Source: Nitrospinota bacterium
GTDB lineage: Bacteria > Nitrospinota_A > UBA7883 > JACRGQ01
DNA length: 64,000 nucleotides
Assembly (NCBI GenBank): GCA_016200345.1
Contig: JACQEX010000005.1
Coordinates: 7,968 to 71,967, forward strand
Direction of reading: 5' to 3'
Part shown: in pieces, positions 27,365-37,241 of the stretch
Layout of the letters: each line of letters begins with the position of its first letter
Position numbering within the stretch: the first letter of the stretch is position 1
Program-made: the position numbers and the translations under genes
Notes under the pieces: model-generated
The model's input: only the letters and a program-made list of their open reading frames with translations
Told to the model about the DNA's origin: nothing
Database searches by the model: none

Positions 27365-29674
27365 TCACTTTTGGTCCGGCGCGTCCAAGAAGCCGTCCGA
27401 GGCCGTGCCCATGTTTCGCTTCTCCCTAATCTTGGCGCGGACTTTTCCCTCCCTTGTCGGATCCGCCATATTCCGCGTTTTCTCGATTTTTTGGTAAACC
27501 GCCGGGTCCACTTTAATTTTGACGGAGGCGGAATACGACTCAATCGCCTTGTCCCAGTTTTTCATCGCAAAATATATGTCGCCAAGGTGGTCCATAACCG
27601 TGGGGTCTTTTTCCTTCAAATCCGCCACCGCCTTAAGGATTGTTTCCAGCGCGAGGGGGTAGTTTTTTTCCTTGTAGTAAATCCACGCGAGGCTGTCCTC
27701 GTAATACCCGTTGTTTGGCTCTATCTCCATCGCCCGATCCACGTACTTCTTCGCCTCGGCCAGGTTCTCGCCCCCGTCCGCGTAAATATACCCTATGTAG
27801 TTAAGCGCGTCGCCGAACTTCGGGTTCAGCTCCACCGAGCGCTTCATCGCCTCGACGCATTTTTTATAATCCTGGGTTTTTTCGTAGACGACGCCCAGGT
27901 AAAAATGCACCTCGGCCTTTTGTGGCGCGATTTTTATGGAGCGCTCCAACTGCTCTATGGCCTTGGGATACTGCTCCTTTTTCACGTATAAAAGCCCGAG
28001 CATGTAAGCCAGCTCCGGGTCGTCCTTTTTAAGTCCGTCCGCCCTTAGGAGCGCCGCCTCGGCCTTGTCATAATTTTTCAGTTTTTCGTAGTCGCCCGAT
28101 ATGCGCACGGTAATCTCGGTCTTGTCGCTGTCCGTGGGGGCGGATTGAAAAAGGATTTCCCACTCGTCGGCGGCCTCTTGGAAAAGCCCCAGCTCCTCGT
28201 ACGCCCTTGCTATGTAAAACGGCACGACCTTGTTCGTGCCGTCGTTCAGCCGGAAGAGCTGGAGTTTTTCCAACGCCTGTTTGTAGTCCCCCTGCTGGAA
28301 GTAAAGAACGCCCATTCTAAACGGCAAATCGCCGGAGTTGGATTCGTTCAACTCCAAGTTTTTGTACACGTCCAGCGCCTCGCCGTAAGATTTCTTAAGA
28401 AGGTATACGTTTGCAAGGCGCTCCTGCAACTCGTGGTCGGGCGGATAATTTTCCAGATATTTTTTGTAGACCTCTATGGCCGGGTCGTATTTTTTCTGGA
28501 TGGAGTAAACCCACCCGAGCGTGGCGTAGCCCTGCGGGACGTCCGGGAAATCCAGAATGAATTTGGACAAAAACTCCTCCGCCTTGTAATAGTCCTTCAT
28601 CTCGACGTACGTCTTCGCCAAAAAAAGCATCGCCGTAACGGACGACGGGTTTGCCTTTAGCACCCCCAGGAACTCCTTCTCGGCGTTCTCGGGCTCTTTT
28701 AGCTCAAGATAGTTGTAGGCCAGGTTAAGGCGCACGTCCTCCCTGGTCGGGTCGCTGGCGATGGCCTTTTTCAAATACTCCTCGGCCCGCTTATATTCCT
28801 TGGAGTTGTGGTAGATGACGCCGAGCATGGAGTTTATCTGGACGTTGTCCGGTTCCAGCGCAAGCCCCCTTTGCGCGAAGCTCACCGCGTCGGAATATTT
28901 TCCCAACAACAGCGAGAGCCTCGCCAAATCTTCGTACGAGTCAACAAAGTACGGGTTGAAGTCCAAAATAAACTTAAGGTCGGCGATCGCCTCGGTTATT
29001 TGGTTTTCGTTCACCCGCATCTGGGCGCGCATAAAGTAAAATGTGGTGTCTCTTTCGATCTCCGACTTGCGCGCGAGTTCCTCCGCGGTCAGCTTTTTAC
29101 CTAATTTGGCCTTTTTTGCGATGGCCTGTTTCGCCTGTATTTCCGCCGGCGTGTTCTTTCCGCTTTGGGATGGCGCGCTAATCGTGGCGCAGGCCGAGGC
29201 CGTGCCGGCCACGAAGGCGAAAAACAGTAGTTTTTTTCCCCTCGCCAGCCCCACGGAGACGAGATGCGCAAGCGCGCCTTTTATCTCCGGGTCTTTGACA
29301 ATCTCAAGGGCCGCCTCCGTCTCCGCCGGAATCTCCGTCGCTGGAGCCAAGGCGTTTTTGACGTAATTTCCCGATGCTTTTTTCTCGTTGTATCTTATGC
29401 TGATGCCTTGCACTGGTGTGTCTCCTCCAAGAATTTTTTGCGTCTTCGCTAAAATTGCCATGCGCGAGTAGTCCAACGGCGCCAAAAACGCCGGGTCGTT
29501 CACGTGGACTATCAGGTTTTTTTGCCAGATATAGGCCGGACTGCAAACGCCGGCTAGGTCTTTGCCTACAATTTGCTCCCAGGCGGCGCTAATTTTGACA
29601 AGTTTCGCCACCGTGCCAAGTTTGACGCCCCCCAAAGCGCCTTCAAGAACATCTTTGATAGAAATCAACTTCAA
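27365..29674 (-). CDS. DciA(DUF721) domain fused in frame to an internal lipobox and long TPR array
   Basis: Residues ~1-140: AWEQIVGKDLA...P...LIVHV DUF721 pattern; RGKKLLFFAFVAGTASAC (Cys162); then many TPRs; no stop between the parts. Confidence 0.75.
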   Translation of the reverse strand: MKLISIKDVLEGALGGVKLGTVAKLVKISAAWEQIVGKDLAGVCSPAYIWQKNLIVHVNDPAFLAPLDYSRMAILAKTQKILGGDTPVQGISIRYNEKKASGNYVKNALAPATEIPAETEAALEIVKDPEIKGALAHLVSVGLARGKKLLFFAFVAGTASACATISAPSQSGKNTPAEIQAKQAIAKKAKLGKKLTAEELARKSEIERDTTFYFMRAQMRVNENQITEAIADLKFILDFNPYFVDSYEDLARLSLLLGKYSDAVSFAQRGLALEPDNVQINSMLGVIYHNSKEYKRAEEYLKKAIASDPTREDVRLNLAYNYLELKEPENAEKEFLGVLKANPSSVTAMLFLAKTYVEMKDYYKAEEFLSKFILDFPDVPQGYATLGWVYSIQKKYDPAIEVYKKYLENYPPDHELQERLANVYLLKKSYGEALDVYKNLELNESNSGDLPFRMGVLYFQQGDYKQALEKLQLFRLNDGTNKVVPFYIARAYEELGLFQEAADEWEILFQSAPTDSDKTEITVRISGDYEKLKNYDKAEAALLRADGLKKDDPELAYMLGLLYVKKEQYPKAIEQLERSIKIAPQKAEVHFYLGVVYEKTQDYKKCVEAMKRSVELNPKFGDALNYIGYIYADGGENLAEAKKYVDRAMEIEPNNGYYEDSLAWIYYKEKNYPLALETILKAVADLKEKDPTVMDHLGDIYFAMKNWDKAIESYSASVKIKVDPAVYQKIEKTRNMADPTREGKVRAKIREKRNMGTASDGFLDAPDQK

Positions 29675-29760
29675 CTCCTTTTCCGACGCATCATTAGAGC
29701 ATGATTATGCCCGTTTCTCAAGACGCCCGCTTTCAATCGGGTGTTTAATAGACGTGGAAA

Positions 29761-30954
29761 TTAAACCGCAACGCGCTTTCTGAGTTGTGTTGAAGGCTTA
29801 TAACGAGAATGGGTATTTGCACTCAATAGGCCGAACAATTCGGCACCGATAGCGTGAGCCAACCGTACTGGGACGGCGTTTCCGATTTGTCTCATTGCCT
29901 CCCCCCAAGTACCTGAAATTACATAATCATCAGGGAAGGTTTGAATTCTTTTGGCCTCCAAAACCGTAAAATATCTTATTTTGTCGTTCCTGAATCGAAT
30001 CATATTTTCCCCGCCCGGGACTCCATGCCCTCCGGCTTTTATAGTTTTTGAAGGCTGGTCATAATCACTACCGCTATGGCCGGAATATGACCTCGCACCG
30101 TCTCGGTAAATATGGTCTTGAATGCCATGGTCGGAATTAGGGCTTGGAAGGTTGGAAATGGCATCTCTGACCGTAAGCCAAGCACTTCCCGTTGGAGGAA
30201 ACATTCCAAATTTATTTATCAGTTCTTCTTTCAACATCTTTAACTCTGTTGTTGTTGCGTCCCACTCCGATTTTTTAACTTTATGCCTTTCCCAATATTC
30301 ATTCGTCGAATATTTCTCCCACTGCAACCTCTCCCGGCTATGGGTCGGTTTTGGAAATTTCCAGCTTAGGTTTAAATCGTCTCGTAATCCGACGATAACG
30401 ACGCGCTCCCTTGTTTGAGGCACGCCATAATCGGCTACATTAAGGAGCGCATAGCTTACATTGTATTCCGCATTTCCGCCGTCCAAACTCTGGTCGTGTC
30501 GGAGCGAGGTTAGATGCTTTGTCCACGAAACAAAGCTCGTGGCCTCATGGGAAGGTTGCCTTAGCCGCCTAATAATGTATTCAAAATAATCGGCAAACGA
30601 CTCCCTTAACAACCCCTTTACATTCTCAAAGATAAAGGCCTTTGGGGACAAAGTTTCAATTGCTTTAATCGCGTAAGGGAACATATCTCTGTTGTCATCT
30701 TTTCCAAGATGTTTTCCCCCCAATGAAAAGGGTTGGCATGGGGGGCCTCCGGCGATAAGGTCAACGGATGAGAAGTTGTTAAAATCCACGTTGCGAACGT
30801 CCGCCTCTTGGACAATTTCCGACGAGTAATTTTTCCTTAATGAAAGGCAGGCATCTTTATTAAATTCGACAAACGCCTTGTGTTGAAACCCGGCCGCCTC
30901 CAGTCCGCAGGCCAAACCTCCTGCCCCGGAGAACAATTCCAGCGAAGTGAACAT
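29761..30954 (-). CDS. C5-cytosine DNA methyltransferase, M.Eco29kI-like
   Basis: ELFSGAGG, GGPPCQPFS, ENVKG, YGVPQTRER, QIGNAVP; AT-rich. Confidence 0.93.
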   Translation of the reverse strand: MFTSLELFSGAGGLACGLEAAGFQHKAFVEFNKDACLSLRKNYSSEIVQEADVRNVDFNNFSSVDLIAGGPPCQPFSLGGKHLGKDDNRDMFPYAIKAIETLSPKAFIFENVKGLLRESFADYFEYIIRRLRQPSHEATSFVSWTKHLTSLRHDQSLDGGNAEYNVSYALLNVADYGVPQTRERVVIVGLRDDLNLSWKFPKPTHSRERLQWEKYSTNEYWERHKVKKSEWDATTTELKMLKEELINKFGMFPPTGSAWLTVRDAISNLPSPNSDHGIQDHIYRDGARSYSGHSGSDYDQPSKTIKAGGHGVPGGENMIRFRNDKIRYFTVLEAKRIQTFPDDYVISGTWGEAMRQIGNAVPVRLAHAIGAELFGLLSANTHSRYKPSTQLRKRVAV

Positions 30955-31582
30955 CAGGCGCTGCCTAAGGCGGTCATATGGGAGGCAATTTTGTCAATTA
31001 TTGATTTTTTGGCGTTATGTTTGCCTAAACATTTTTTCGCCCAGTATGGATTACGTTCCAATCTGGTTTAGCCCCGTCGTATCGCCCTTTACCCGGGTCG
31101 TGGTTTCCAAATCCGTCTAATACGGAGTTCCACAACGGTTTGTGTATTTTTATCAGGGCGGCCTCTATCGTGCCGATCATATCCGAGCCTTCGCTTTCAA
31201 AAATTACAAACCGGCACATGAAATCTTTGGAGGAGAGGTCAACAAGGTCAACGCTCCTTTTGTGTTGTGCGAGTCTTCCACAAAGCTCATTTGAGCGGTT
31301 TTCAGCTTTATCGTGCGTCCTTGATTGTCTCCATCCGCGAGGCACGGCCTTTCCCACATAAATCGGGAAATTGTATGAGAGGCGGTTTAGGAGAAAATAT
31401 TTTTCGTAAAGAGGACGTTTCCCAATGTAATAAAGGGCGTAAATGCCGCTTCCGGTAAATTTTTCCGCGGGAGGCAGATGGTGAACCGGCGTGCCGTTGA
31501 AAAACCTTACCGCGTCTTTGATTAGCTCGACTAATCCGTCGTTACGGTAAACATGTTTATTGCGGTCAAACCCCTGCTTCAT
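30954..31582 (-). pseudogene. Eco29kI-family GIY-YIG restriction endonuclease, frameshifted near the C-terminus
   Basis: GIYALYY...IYVGKAV, R-x3-H, IEAALI, LWN...DGFGNH. The ORF stops at 31025, but the -1 frame continues KCLGKH... to a TGA overlapping the MTase ATG. Confidence 0.8.
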
Positions 31583-31673
31583 ACAAGAAACAGTCTAATT
31601 GAAATTTTCCGTTCATCCAAGCTTCATGTTTCAAGCTTAGACAACGGGTGCCATCCGTGGTTAAATTGGCGGC

Positions 31674-32195
31674 ATGAAAGGCGCAAAAATTTTGGTCACT
31701 GGCGGGGTTAAAAGCGGAAAAAGCGACTACGCCCTCGAAAGGGGCGCGCGCGTTGACGGCGAAAAGATCTTTCTTGCCACCGCGCAGGCCCGCGACGAAG
31801 AGATGAAAGCCAGGATTGAAAACCACCGAAAAGAGAGGCCCGCCGAATGGCGGACCTTGGAGGAGCCGTTTAAAGTGGCCGACGCATTAAACCGGCGCAA
31901 AACGGGCGTTTTCATAATAGACTGTCTAACAATCTGGACGAGCAACCATCTGGAGGTTTCGGACGACGACGTCTTCCAAAGCCAGTCATTGCTTCTTGCC
32001 GAGGCGGTCGGCAATTTTGGCGGGACGGCGATACTCGTGACCAACGAGGTGGGGCTGGGAATAATCCCGGCGGACGCGGCCTCCAGAAAATACGGGCGGT
32101 GGCTCGGCTCGCTGAACAGGCAAATTGCGGCGGTTTGCGACGAGGTGGTTCTTATGGTCGCGGGCCAGCCGGTTTTTATCAAGAGGGGAATTTGA
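31674..32195 (+). CDS. cobU: Adenosylcobinamide kinase / cobinamide-phosphate guanylyltransferase
   Basis: TGGVKSGKS, RIENHR, IIDCLTIW, VTNEVGLG. Confidence 0.95.
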   Translation: MKGAKILVTGGVKSGKSDYALERGARVDGEKIFLATAQARDEEMKARIENHRKERPAEWRTLEEPFKVADALNRRKTGVFIIDCLTIWTSNHLEVSDDDVFQSQSLLLAEAVGNFGGTAILVTNEVGLGIIPADAASRKYGRWLGSLNRQIAAVCDEVVLMVAGQPVFIKRGI

Positions 32196-33244
32196 AAAAA
32201 GTATTGGATTACATTGCGGGAATAAAACCCGTGGACGTCTCGATGGACGTGGCGGCGCTCGACCATATAAACAGCCTTACGAAGCCGCCCGGCTCGCTTG
32301 GCAGGATGGAGGAGTTCGCCCTCAATTTTATCCGCGCCTCAAACTGCATTCCCCCCAAGCTGGATAAAAAAACCATTTTTATAATGGCGGGGGATCACGG
32401 CGTGGCGCAGGAGGGGGTAAGCGCGTTTCCGGCGGAGGTTACGCCGCAAATGGTGTTTAACTTTCTCTCGGGAGGCGCCGCGATAAACGTCCTTGCCCGG
32501 CACGCTGGGATTAAAACCGTGGTGGTGGACATGGGCGTCAACGCCGACCTTTCCGGCAGGCCGGGGCTGACAGACAAAAAAATCGGCATGGGAACAAAGA
32601 ACATCGCAAAACAACCGGCGATGACGAACGACGAGGCGGAGCGCGCCATTTTTGCCGGCATTGAACTGGCCGAGACCGCCGCCAAAGAGGGTTGCCACAT
32701 CATCGGCACCGGCGACATGGGGATTGCAAACACGACCCCCTCCACCGCGCTTTACTGCGCCCTGCTGGGCCTTTCGCCCGAGGAAATCTCAGGCCCCGGA
32801 ACGGGTCTGGACGAAAAGGGCGTTCGGCACAAGGCCGAGGTCGTCAAAAAGGCGGTTGCGCTTCACGCCCCATACGCCTCGCCTCTGGACGCGCTGGCAA
32901 AGCTTGGCGGGTTTGAAATAGCCGGTCTTACCGGCCTTATCCTTGGCGCGGCGAAAAATAACATACCCGTCGTCGTGGACGGCTTCATTTCGTCGGCCGC
33001 CGCGATGGTGGCGGTAAAATGCGCCCCGGCGGTGATGCAAAGGACGTTTTGGTCCCATATGTCAAACGAACGGGGGCACAAAAAAGTTTGCGAGACGATG
33101 GGCGTGCTCCCGATTTTGGATTTAAACCTTCGCCTTGGAGAGGGAACCGGGGCCGCGCTCGCCATTTGGATTATCGAGGGCTCCGTAAAGATTTACAACG
33201 AAATGGCCACTTTTAAAAACGCGGGGGTTTCCACGGCCGTTTAG
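32192..33244 (+). CDS. cobT: Nicotinate-nucleotide-dimethylbenzimidazole phosphoribosyltransferase
   Basis: TTG 32192 (TTGA overlap); LTKPPGSLGRME, AGDHGV, GDMGIANTT, LRLGEGTGA. Confidence 0.95.
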   Translation: MKKVLDYIAGIKPVDVSMDVAALDHINSLTKPPGSLGRMEEFALNFIRASNCIPPKLDKKTIFIMAGDHGVAQEGVSAFPAEVTPQMVFNFLSGGAAINVLARHAGIKTVVVDMGVNADLSGRPGLTDKKIGMGTKNIAKQPAMTNDEAERAIFAGIELAETAAKEGCHIIGTGDMGIANTTPSTALYCALLGLSPEEISGPGTGLDEKGVRHKAEVVKKAVALHAPYASPLDALAKLGGFEIAGLTGLILGAAKNNIPVVVDGFISSAAAMVAVKCAPAVMQRTFWSHMSNERGHKKVCETMGVLPILDLNLRLGEGTGAALAIWIIEGSVKIYNEMATFKNAGVSTAV

Positions 33245-33271
33245 AAACCGTGCTTTTTGCTTGAGGTTTGA

Positions 33272-34000
33272 TTGCTTAGAACCATTCGCCTTGCATTCGT
33301 ATTCCTTACGCGCCTCCCGCTTCCGGGGAGGGCGGACTACCAAGAGGGGGATTTTCCGAAGAGCTTCCTCTATTTTCCGCTTGTGGGGCTTTCGCTCGGG
33401 CTTTTTTTAGCCGGACTGGCGTGGGCGTTCATCTGGGTGGGGGTGGACGACAGGGTTTCGGCGTTTATTCTAATATTTACGATTGTGATGGTCACGGGCG
33501 GGCTTCATTTGGACGGCCTGGCCGACATGGTGGACGGATTTTTCTGCGGCAAGGGAACGGACGACATGCTGAGGATAATGCGCGAACCCTCGGCAGGTCC
33601 CTTCGGCATGACGGCCATTTTTCTAGTCCTCATAGGAAAATTCGCCGCTTTGTGGCACATACTGGAGTTTGGAAACATCGCAAACATTATTCCGGTGTTT
33701 GCCATGTCGCGGTGGGGGATGGCGTTCGCCTCCTTCGAGGCGGTTTACCCAAGGCCAGCTGGGGCGGGAAAGGCCTTCATCGGAAAGGTCTCGCCGCTGA
33801 CGCTGATTTACTCGCTCGTCTTCGCGTTGTTGGTCACTTTTTACTTTGCTAGAAAACAGTTGGTGGTATTTTTTGTGGTGACATTTTTCATCACCTACGC
33901 CGTCCGCCACATCTCGGACGCCAAAATTGGCGGCGTCACCGGGGACGTGCTTGGCGCCATAAACGAGGTTTTAGAGACCACGTTGTTGCTGGCTATTTAA
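33272..34000 (+). CDS. cobS: Adenosylcobinamide-GDP ribazoletransferase
   Basis: FLTRLP, TGGLHLDGLADMVDG, GGVTGDVLGA. Confidence 0.95.
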   Translation: MLRTIRLAFVFLTRLPLPGRADYQEGDFPKSFLYFPLVGLSLGLFLAGLAWAFIWVGVDDRVSAFILIFTIVMVTGGLHLDGLADMVDGFFCGKGTDDMLRIMREPSAGPFGMTAIFLVLIGKFAALWHILEFGNIANIIPVFAMSRWGMAFASFEAVYPRPAGAGKAFIGKVSPLTLIYSLVFALLVTFYFARKQLVVFFVVTFFITYAVRHISDAKIGGVTGDVLGAINEVLETTLLLAI

Positions 34001-34082
34001 GGCCCCAAAACCTTCTTCCGGGGCGAAAACTTGACCTAAGGTTAAATTTTGGTTAATATCCGCTCATGTTCATGGATATATT

Positions 34083-35009
34083 GTGACGGCAAAAGACGCG
34101 GCCACCGGAATGATTTTGGTGGTTGACGACTCGCTTACGGCGCGAATGATGCTGAAGGAGTACCTCAAGCCGATGGATCTTCCGTTGGTTATGGCGCAGG
34201 ACGGCCAGGAGGCGTGGGAGATGCTTTCCCGCTGGCCGGACAGATATTCCGCCGTTCTTTTGGACAGGGAGATGCCAAGGATGGACGGCATGCAGGTTCT
34301 AAACAAGATAAAGGCAGACAAGAATTTAAGGCACATTCCCGTCGTCATGCAGACCTCGTTGAGCCAGAAGAAGGACGTTTCCGATGGAATCAAGGCGGGC
34401 GCGTATTACTACCTCACAAAACCCTACTCCCCGCAGGACGCGATTGGCATAACCAGGGCCGCCGTGGCGAGTTTTGAAAAACACAAATCCATGTCGTCCG
34501 TCGCCCATGAAAGCGGGACGTCGCTCTACCGCGGGGATGAGCGCGAGTTTTATTTTTGCCACCCGTCGGAGGCGGAGGCCATTTCGAGGGTCTTGGCAAA
34601 AAAATGTCCCGAGCCGGAAAAAACCGCCATCGGCCTGTGGGAGCTGATGATAAACGCGATTGAGCATGGAAATCTTGGAATCACCTACGAGGAAAAATCG
34701 GATTTGATTGAAAACGGAAAATTGGAGTCCGAGGTCAGGGCGCGGCTTTCCGACCCCGCGTACTCCGCAAAAAAGGCGTTGGTTACCTTTGAAAGCTCCG
34801 AGGACTCGCTCCGCTTCCGAATCCGGGACGACGGGCCGGGATTCGAGTGGAAGCAGTTTCTAACGCTAAGCCCCGAGAGGGCGTTTGACTCGCACGGCAG
34901 GGGCATAGCCCTTTCCAAAGAAAAGTTTTTCGACCATTTGGAGTATTTTGGCTCAGGCAACGAGGTGCTGGCCTCCGTCAGTCTTAAAGCCGGCCGTCGC
35001 CCCTCGTAG
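34083..35009 (+). CDS. Response regulator with anti-sigma-type HATPase_c_2 output domain
   Basis: REC (VVDD, LLDREMP, YLTKP) plus ELMINAIEHGN...IRDDGPGF...HGRGI; no HisKA. Confidence 0.85.
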   Translation: MTAKDAATGMILVVDDSLTARMMLKEYLKPMDLPLVMAQDGQEAWEMLSRWPDRYSAVLLDREMPRMDGMQVLNKIKADKNLRHIPVVMQTSLSQKKDVSDGIKAGAYYYLTKPYSPQDAIGITRAAVASFEKHKSMSSVAHESGTSLYRGDEREFYFCHPSEAEAISRVLAKKCPEPEKTAIGLWELMINAIEHGNLGITYEEKSDLIENGKLESEVRARLSDPAYSAKKALVTFESSEDSLRFRIRDDGPGFEWKQFLTLSPERAFDSHGRGIALSKEKFFDHLEYFGSGNEVLASVSLKAGRRPS

Positions 35010-35129
35010 TTCTTTCTTCTCATATAAATTACGACGTCTTTCGCGCCCCATTTGACCCCTTTTTTGCCCCCTTATTCACAACGCTTTGAGAGGATGTCAA
35101 AGAGGGATAGAATACTCTCGGTGGTATGA

Positions 35130-37238
35130 ATGGATTACAGTAGCGAAAGCGAAATTTTTGACAACTTCCTTGCGGAGTCCGCCGAAATTTTGGGCGAACT
35201 CGAGCAGGGGGTCATCACGCTCGAAAGAACCCCGTCCGACCGCGAGCCGGTGGACAACATCTTCCGTTGCGTGCACTCGCTAAAGGGGAACAGCTCCCTT
35301 TTTGGAATCTCCGGCATCAAGATGCTTTCCCATTCCCTTGAAAACCTGATGAGCCGCATACGCGACCGCCAGATAGACGTAGACGGCGCAATCATAGGGC
35401 TTGTTCTAAGGGGTGTTGACCACCTAAAGGAGATGTTTTCCGCCCTCATGGCGGAGCGTAAGGAGACGCCCATAACCCAGGGGCAGGAGGAATTTCTCAC
35501 CGAGATCGAGGCCGTCCTGCAATCCAACGGAACCTCCAACCACGAGGAGATGCTAAGGTCGGACGTGATGAAATTTTTGTCCCGCGAGGAAGTGAAGGAG
35601 GAGCTTAAGATAAACCCCATCCTCAACGAGTTTTTGCAGATGATTATGAAAAATTCGCCAAAGCTAATCGCCGACAGACGGCAGAAGACCGGGAACGACC
35701 GTTTGTGTTACGCCGGGGTGAACGTTTCGAGGGAGTATTACGCGATCATGGTGGTGCTTGCGGAGGTCGCGGACGGCAAGCCGGACAGCACCCACTATCC
35801 CACGGTTTCCGCAAGCTTGGACGCGCTGGTCGCCAAACATACCGAGGCGAAGCACGACAAGCCGCTGGTGGTTCTAAAGGGGCTTAGGGACGACCTGGAG
35901 ATGATGTACCAGGACGAATCCGGCTTCGACGACGTGCTGGCCGGAATAACGAAGGACGCAATGGCCGCCTATGCCGCCATGCTGGACAAGGAGAAACAGG
36001 AGGCGCAGGCGGACAAGTCGGCCGACGGGCCGCGACAGCAAAAAATGATCAAGATTGACCAGGGAAAACTTGACCGCACCATAGACCTTTCGAGCGAGAT
36101 TGTGATTGTGTCGGAGTTTATGAACTATCTTCAATCCCAGTTTTCCGAGGGGAACGTGGATGCGAACATCAACAGCCTGAAGGACGCCACGGTTGCGCTT
36201 CAGGAGCACAGCGAGGCTCTTTCGAGGCACCTGTACGACATCAGAAAGGTCCCGATATCCGAGGCGTTTCAAAGCCTTCCGCGCGTGGTGCGCGACACAT
36301 GCGTGACCGTCGGCAAAATGGCAGGATTGGTTATTAGCGGCGAGTGGACGATGGTGGACAAAAGCGCCGTGCCGAAGCTCGAGACGATGCTTGTCCACAT
36401 AATTCGCAACAGCATTGACCACGGGCTGGAGACGCCGGAGAACCGCCACTCGGCCGGAAAACCGGAGGAGGGGGTCGTCACGCTTTCGGCGGCGCAACAG
36501 GGGGAGATGCTGGCGATAACCGTGTCGGACGACGGAAGGGGCATCGACGTCGAGAAGTTAAAACTGGCGCTCGTGGAAAAGGGGCTTGCGACCGCGCAGG
36601 CCGTTGCGGGAATGACCGACCAGCAGGCGGTGGACCATGTTTTTCTTCCCGGCTTTTCGATATCCAAAAAGGTTACGGAGACGTCCGGGCGCGGCGTGGG
36701 AATGGACGTCGTGCTCTCCTCCGCGCAGGAGATGGGGGGCCATGTGAGGCTTGAGAACCGGCCCGGGGTCGGGTTGAAGACCGTGATAACGATTCCTTTG
36801 GCGCACACGACGCTAATTAAAAAGGGGCTTGCGGTCGCGGTCGGGCACTCTGTTTTTCTCATCCCGAACGAGGAGGTAATGGAGTCGTTCCGCCCGTCGT
36901 CGGAGGAAATTTTCACGGTGCGCGGTAAAAAAGAGGTCGTAAAGCGGCGCGAGGAGATTATTCCGCTGGTGAGGCTTTACGACCTTTTCGGCATTAACGG
37001 CAACGTTAAAGACCCCAAAGAGGGTATACTTGTGCTCGTTCAAAACAAAAAGAACCGGGCCTGTTTTCTAGTGGACAACGTGATAGGCCAGCGGCAGATT
37101 ATTTACAAGGACTTGTCGGTGAAGACCACGACGGAGCCCTCCCCGTTCGAGGGGATTTCAATTTACGACGGCAACAAACTTGCCATGATACTGGATATGG
37201 ACGGCATAATTATGCAGTCGCAAATGGAGGAATGGTAG
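35130..37238 (+). CDS. cheA: Chemotaxis-type histidine kinase CheA
   Basis: Hpt FRCVHSLKG; dimerization IKIDQGKLD; HIIRNSIDHG, SDDGRG, FLPGFS, SGRGVGMD; C-terminal CheW domain. Confidence 0.93.
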   Translation: MDYSSESEIFDNFLAESAEILGELEQGVITLERTPSDREPVDNIFRCVHSLKGNSSLFGISGIKMLSHSLENLMSRIRDRQIDVDGAIIGLVLRGVDHLKEMFSALMAERKETPITQGQEEFLTEIEAVLQSNGTSNHEEMLRSDVMKFLSREEVKEELKINPILNEFLQMIMKNSPKLIADRRQKTGNDRLCYAGVNVSREYYAIMVVLAEVADGKPDSTHYPTVSASLDALVAKHTEAKHDKPLVVLKGLRDDLEMMYQDESGFDDVLAGITKDAMAAYAAMLDKEKQEAQADKSADGPRQQKMIKIDQGKLDRTIDLSSEIVIVSEFMNYLQSQFSEGNVDANINSLKDATVALQEHSEALSRHLYDIRKVPISEAFQSLPRVVRDTCVTVGKMAGLVISGEWTMVDKSAVPKLETMLVHIIRNSIDHGLETPENRHSAGKPEEGVVTLSAAQQGEMLAITVSDDGRGIDVEKLKLALVEKGLATAQAVAGMTDQQAVDHVFLPGFSISKKVTETSGRGVGMDVVLSSAQEMGGHVRLENRPGVGLKTVITIPLAHTTLIKKGLAVAVGHSVFLIPNEEVMESFRPSSEEIFTVRGKKEVVKRREEIIPLVRLYDLFGINGNVKDPKEGILVLVQNKKNRACFLVDNVIGQRQIIYKDLSVKTTTEPSPFEGISIYDGNKLAMILDMDGIIMQSQMEEW

Positions 37239-37241
37239 AAG

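Noticed and set aside
31583-31673. Cobalamin riboswitch or R-M controller gene
   Set aside because: Interval too short (~90 bp) and lacks B12-box or C-box patterns.
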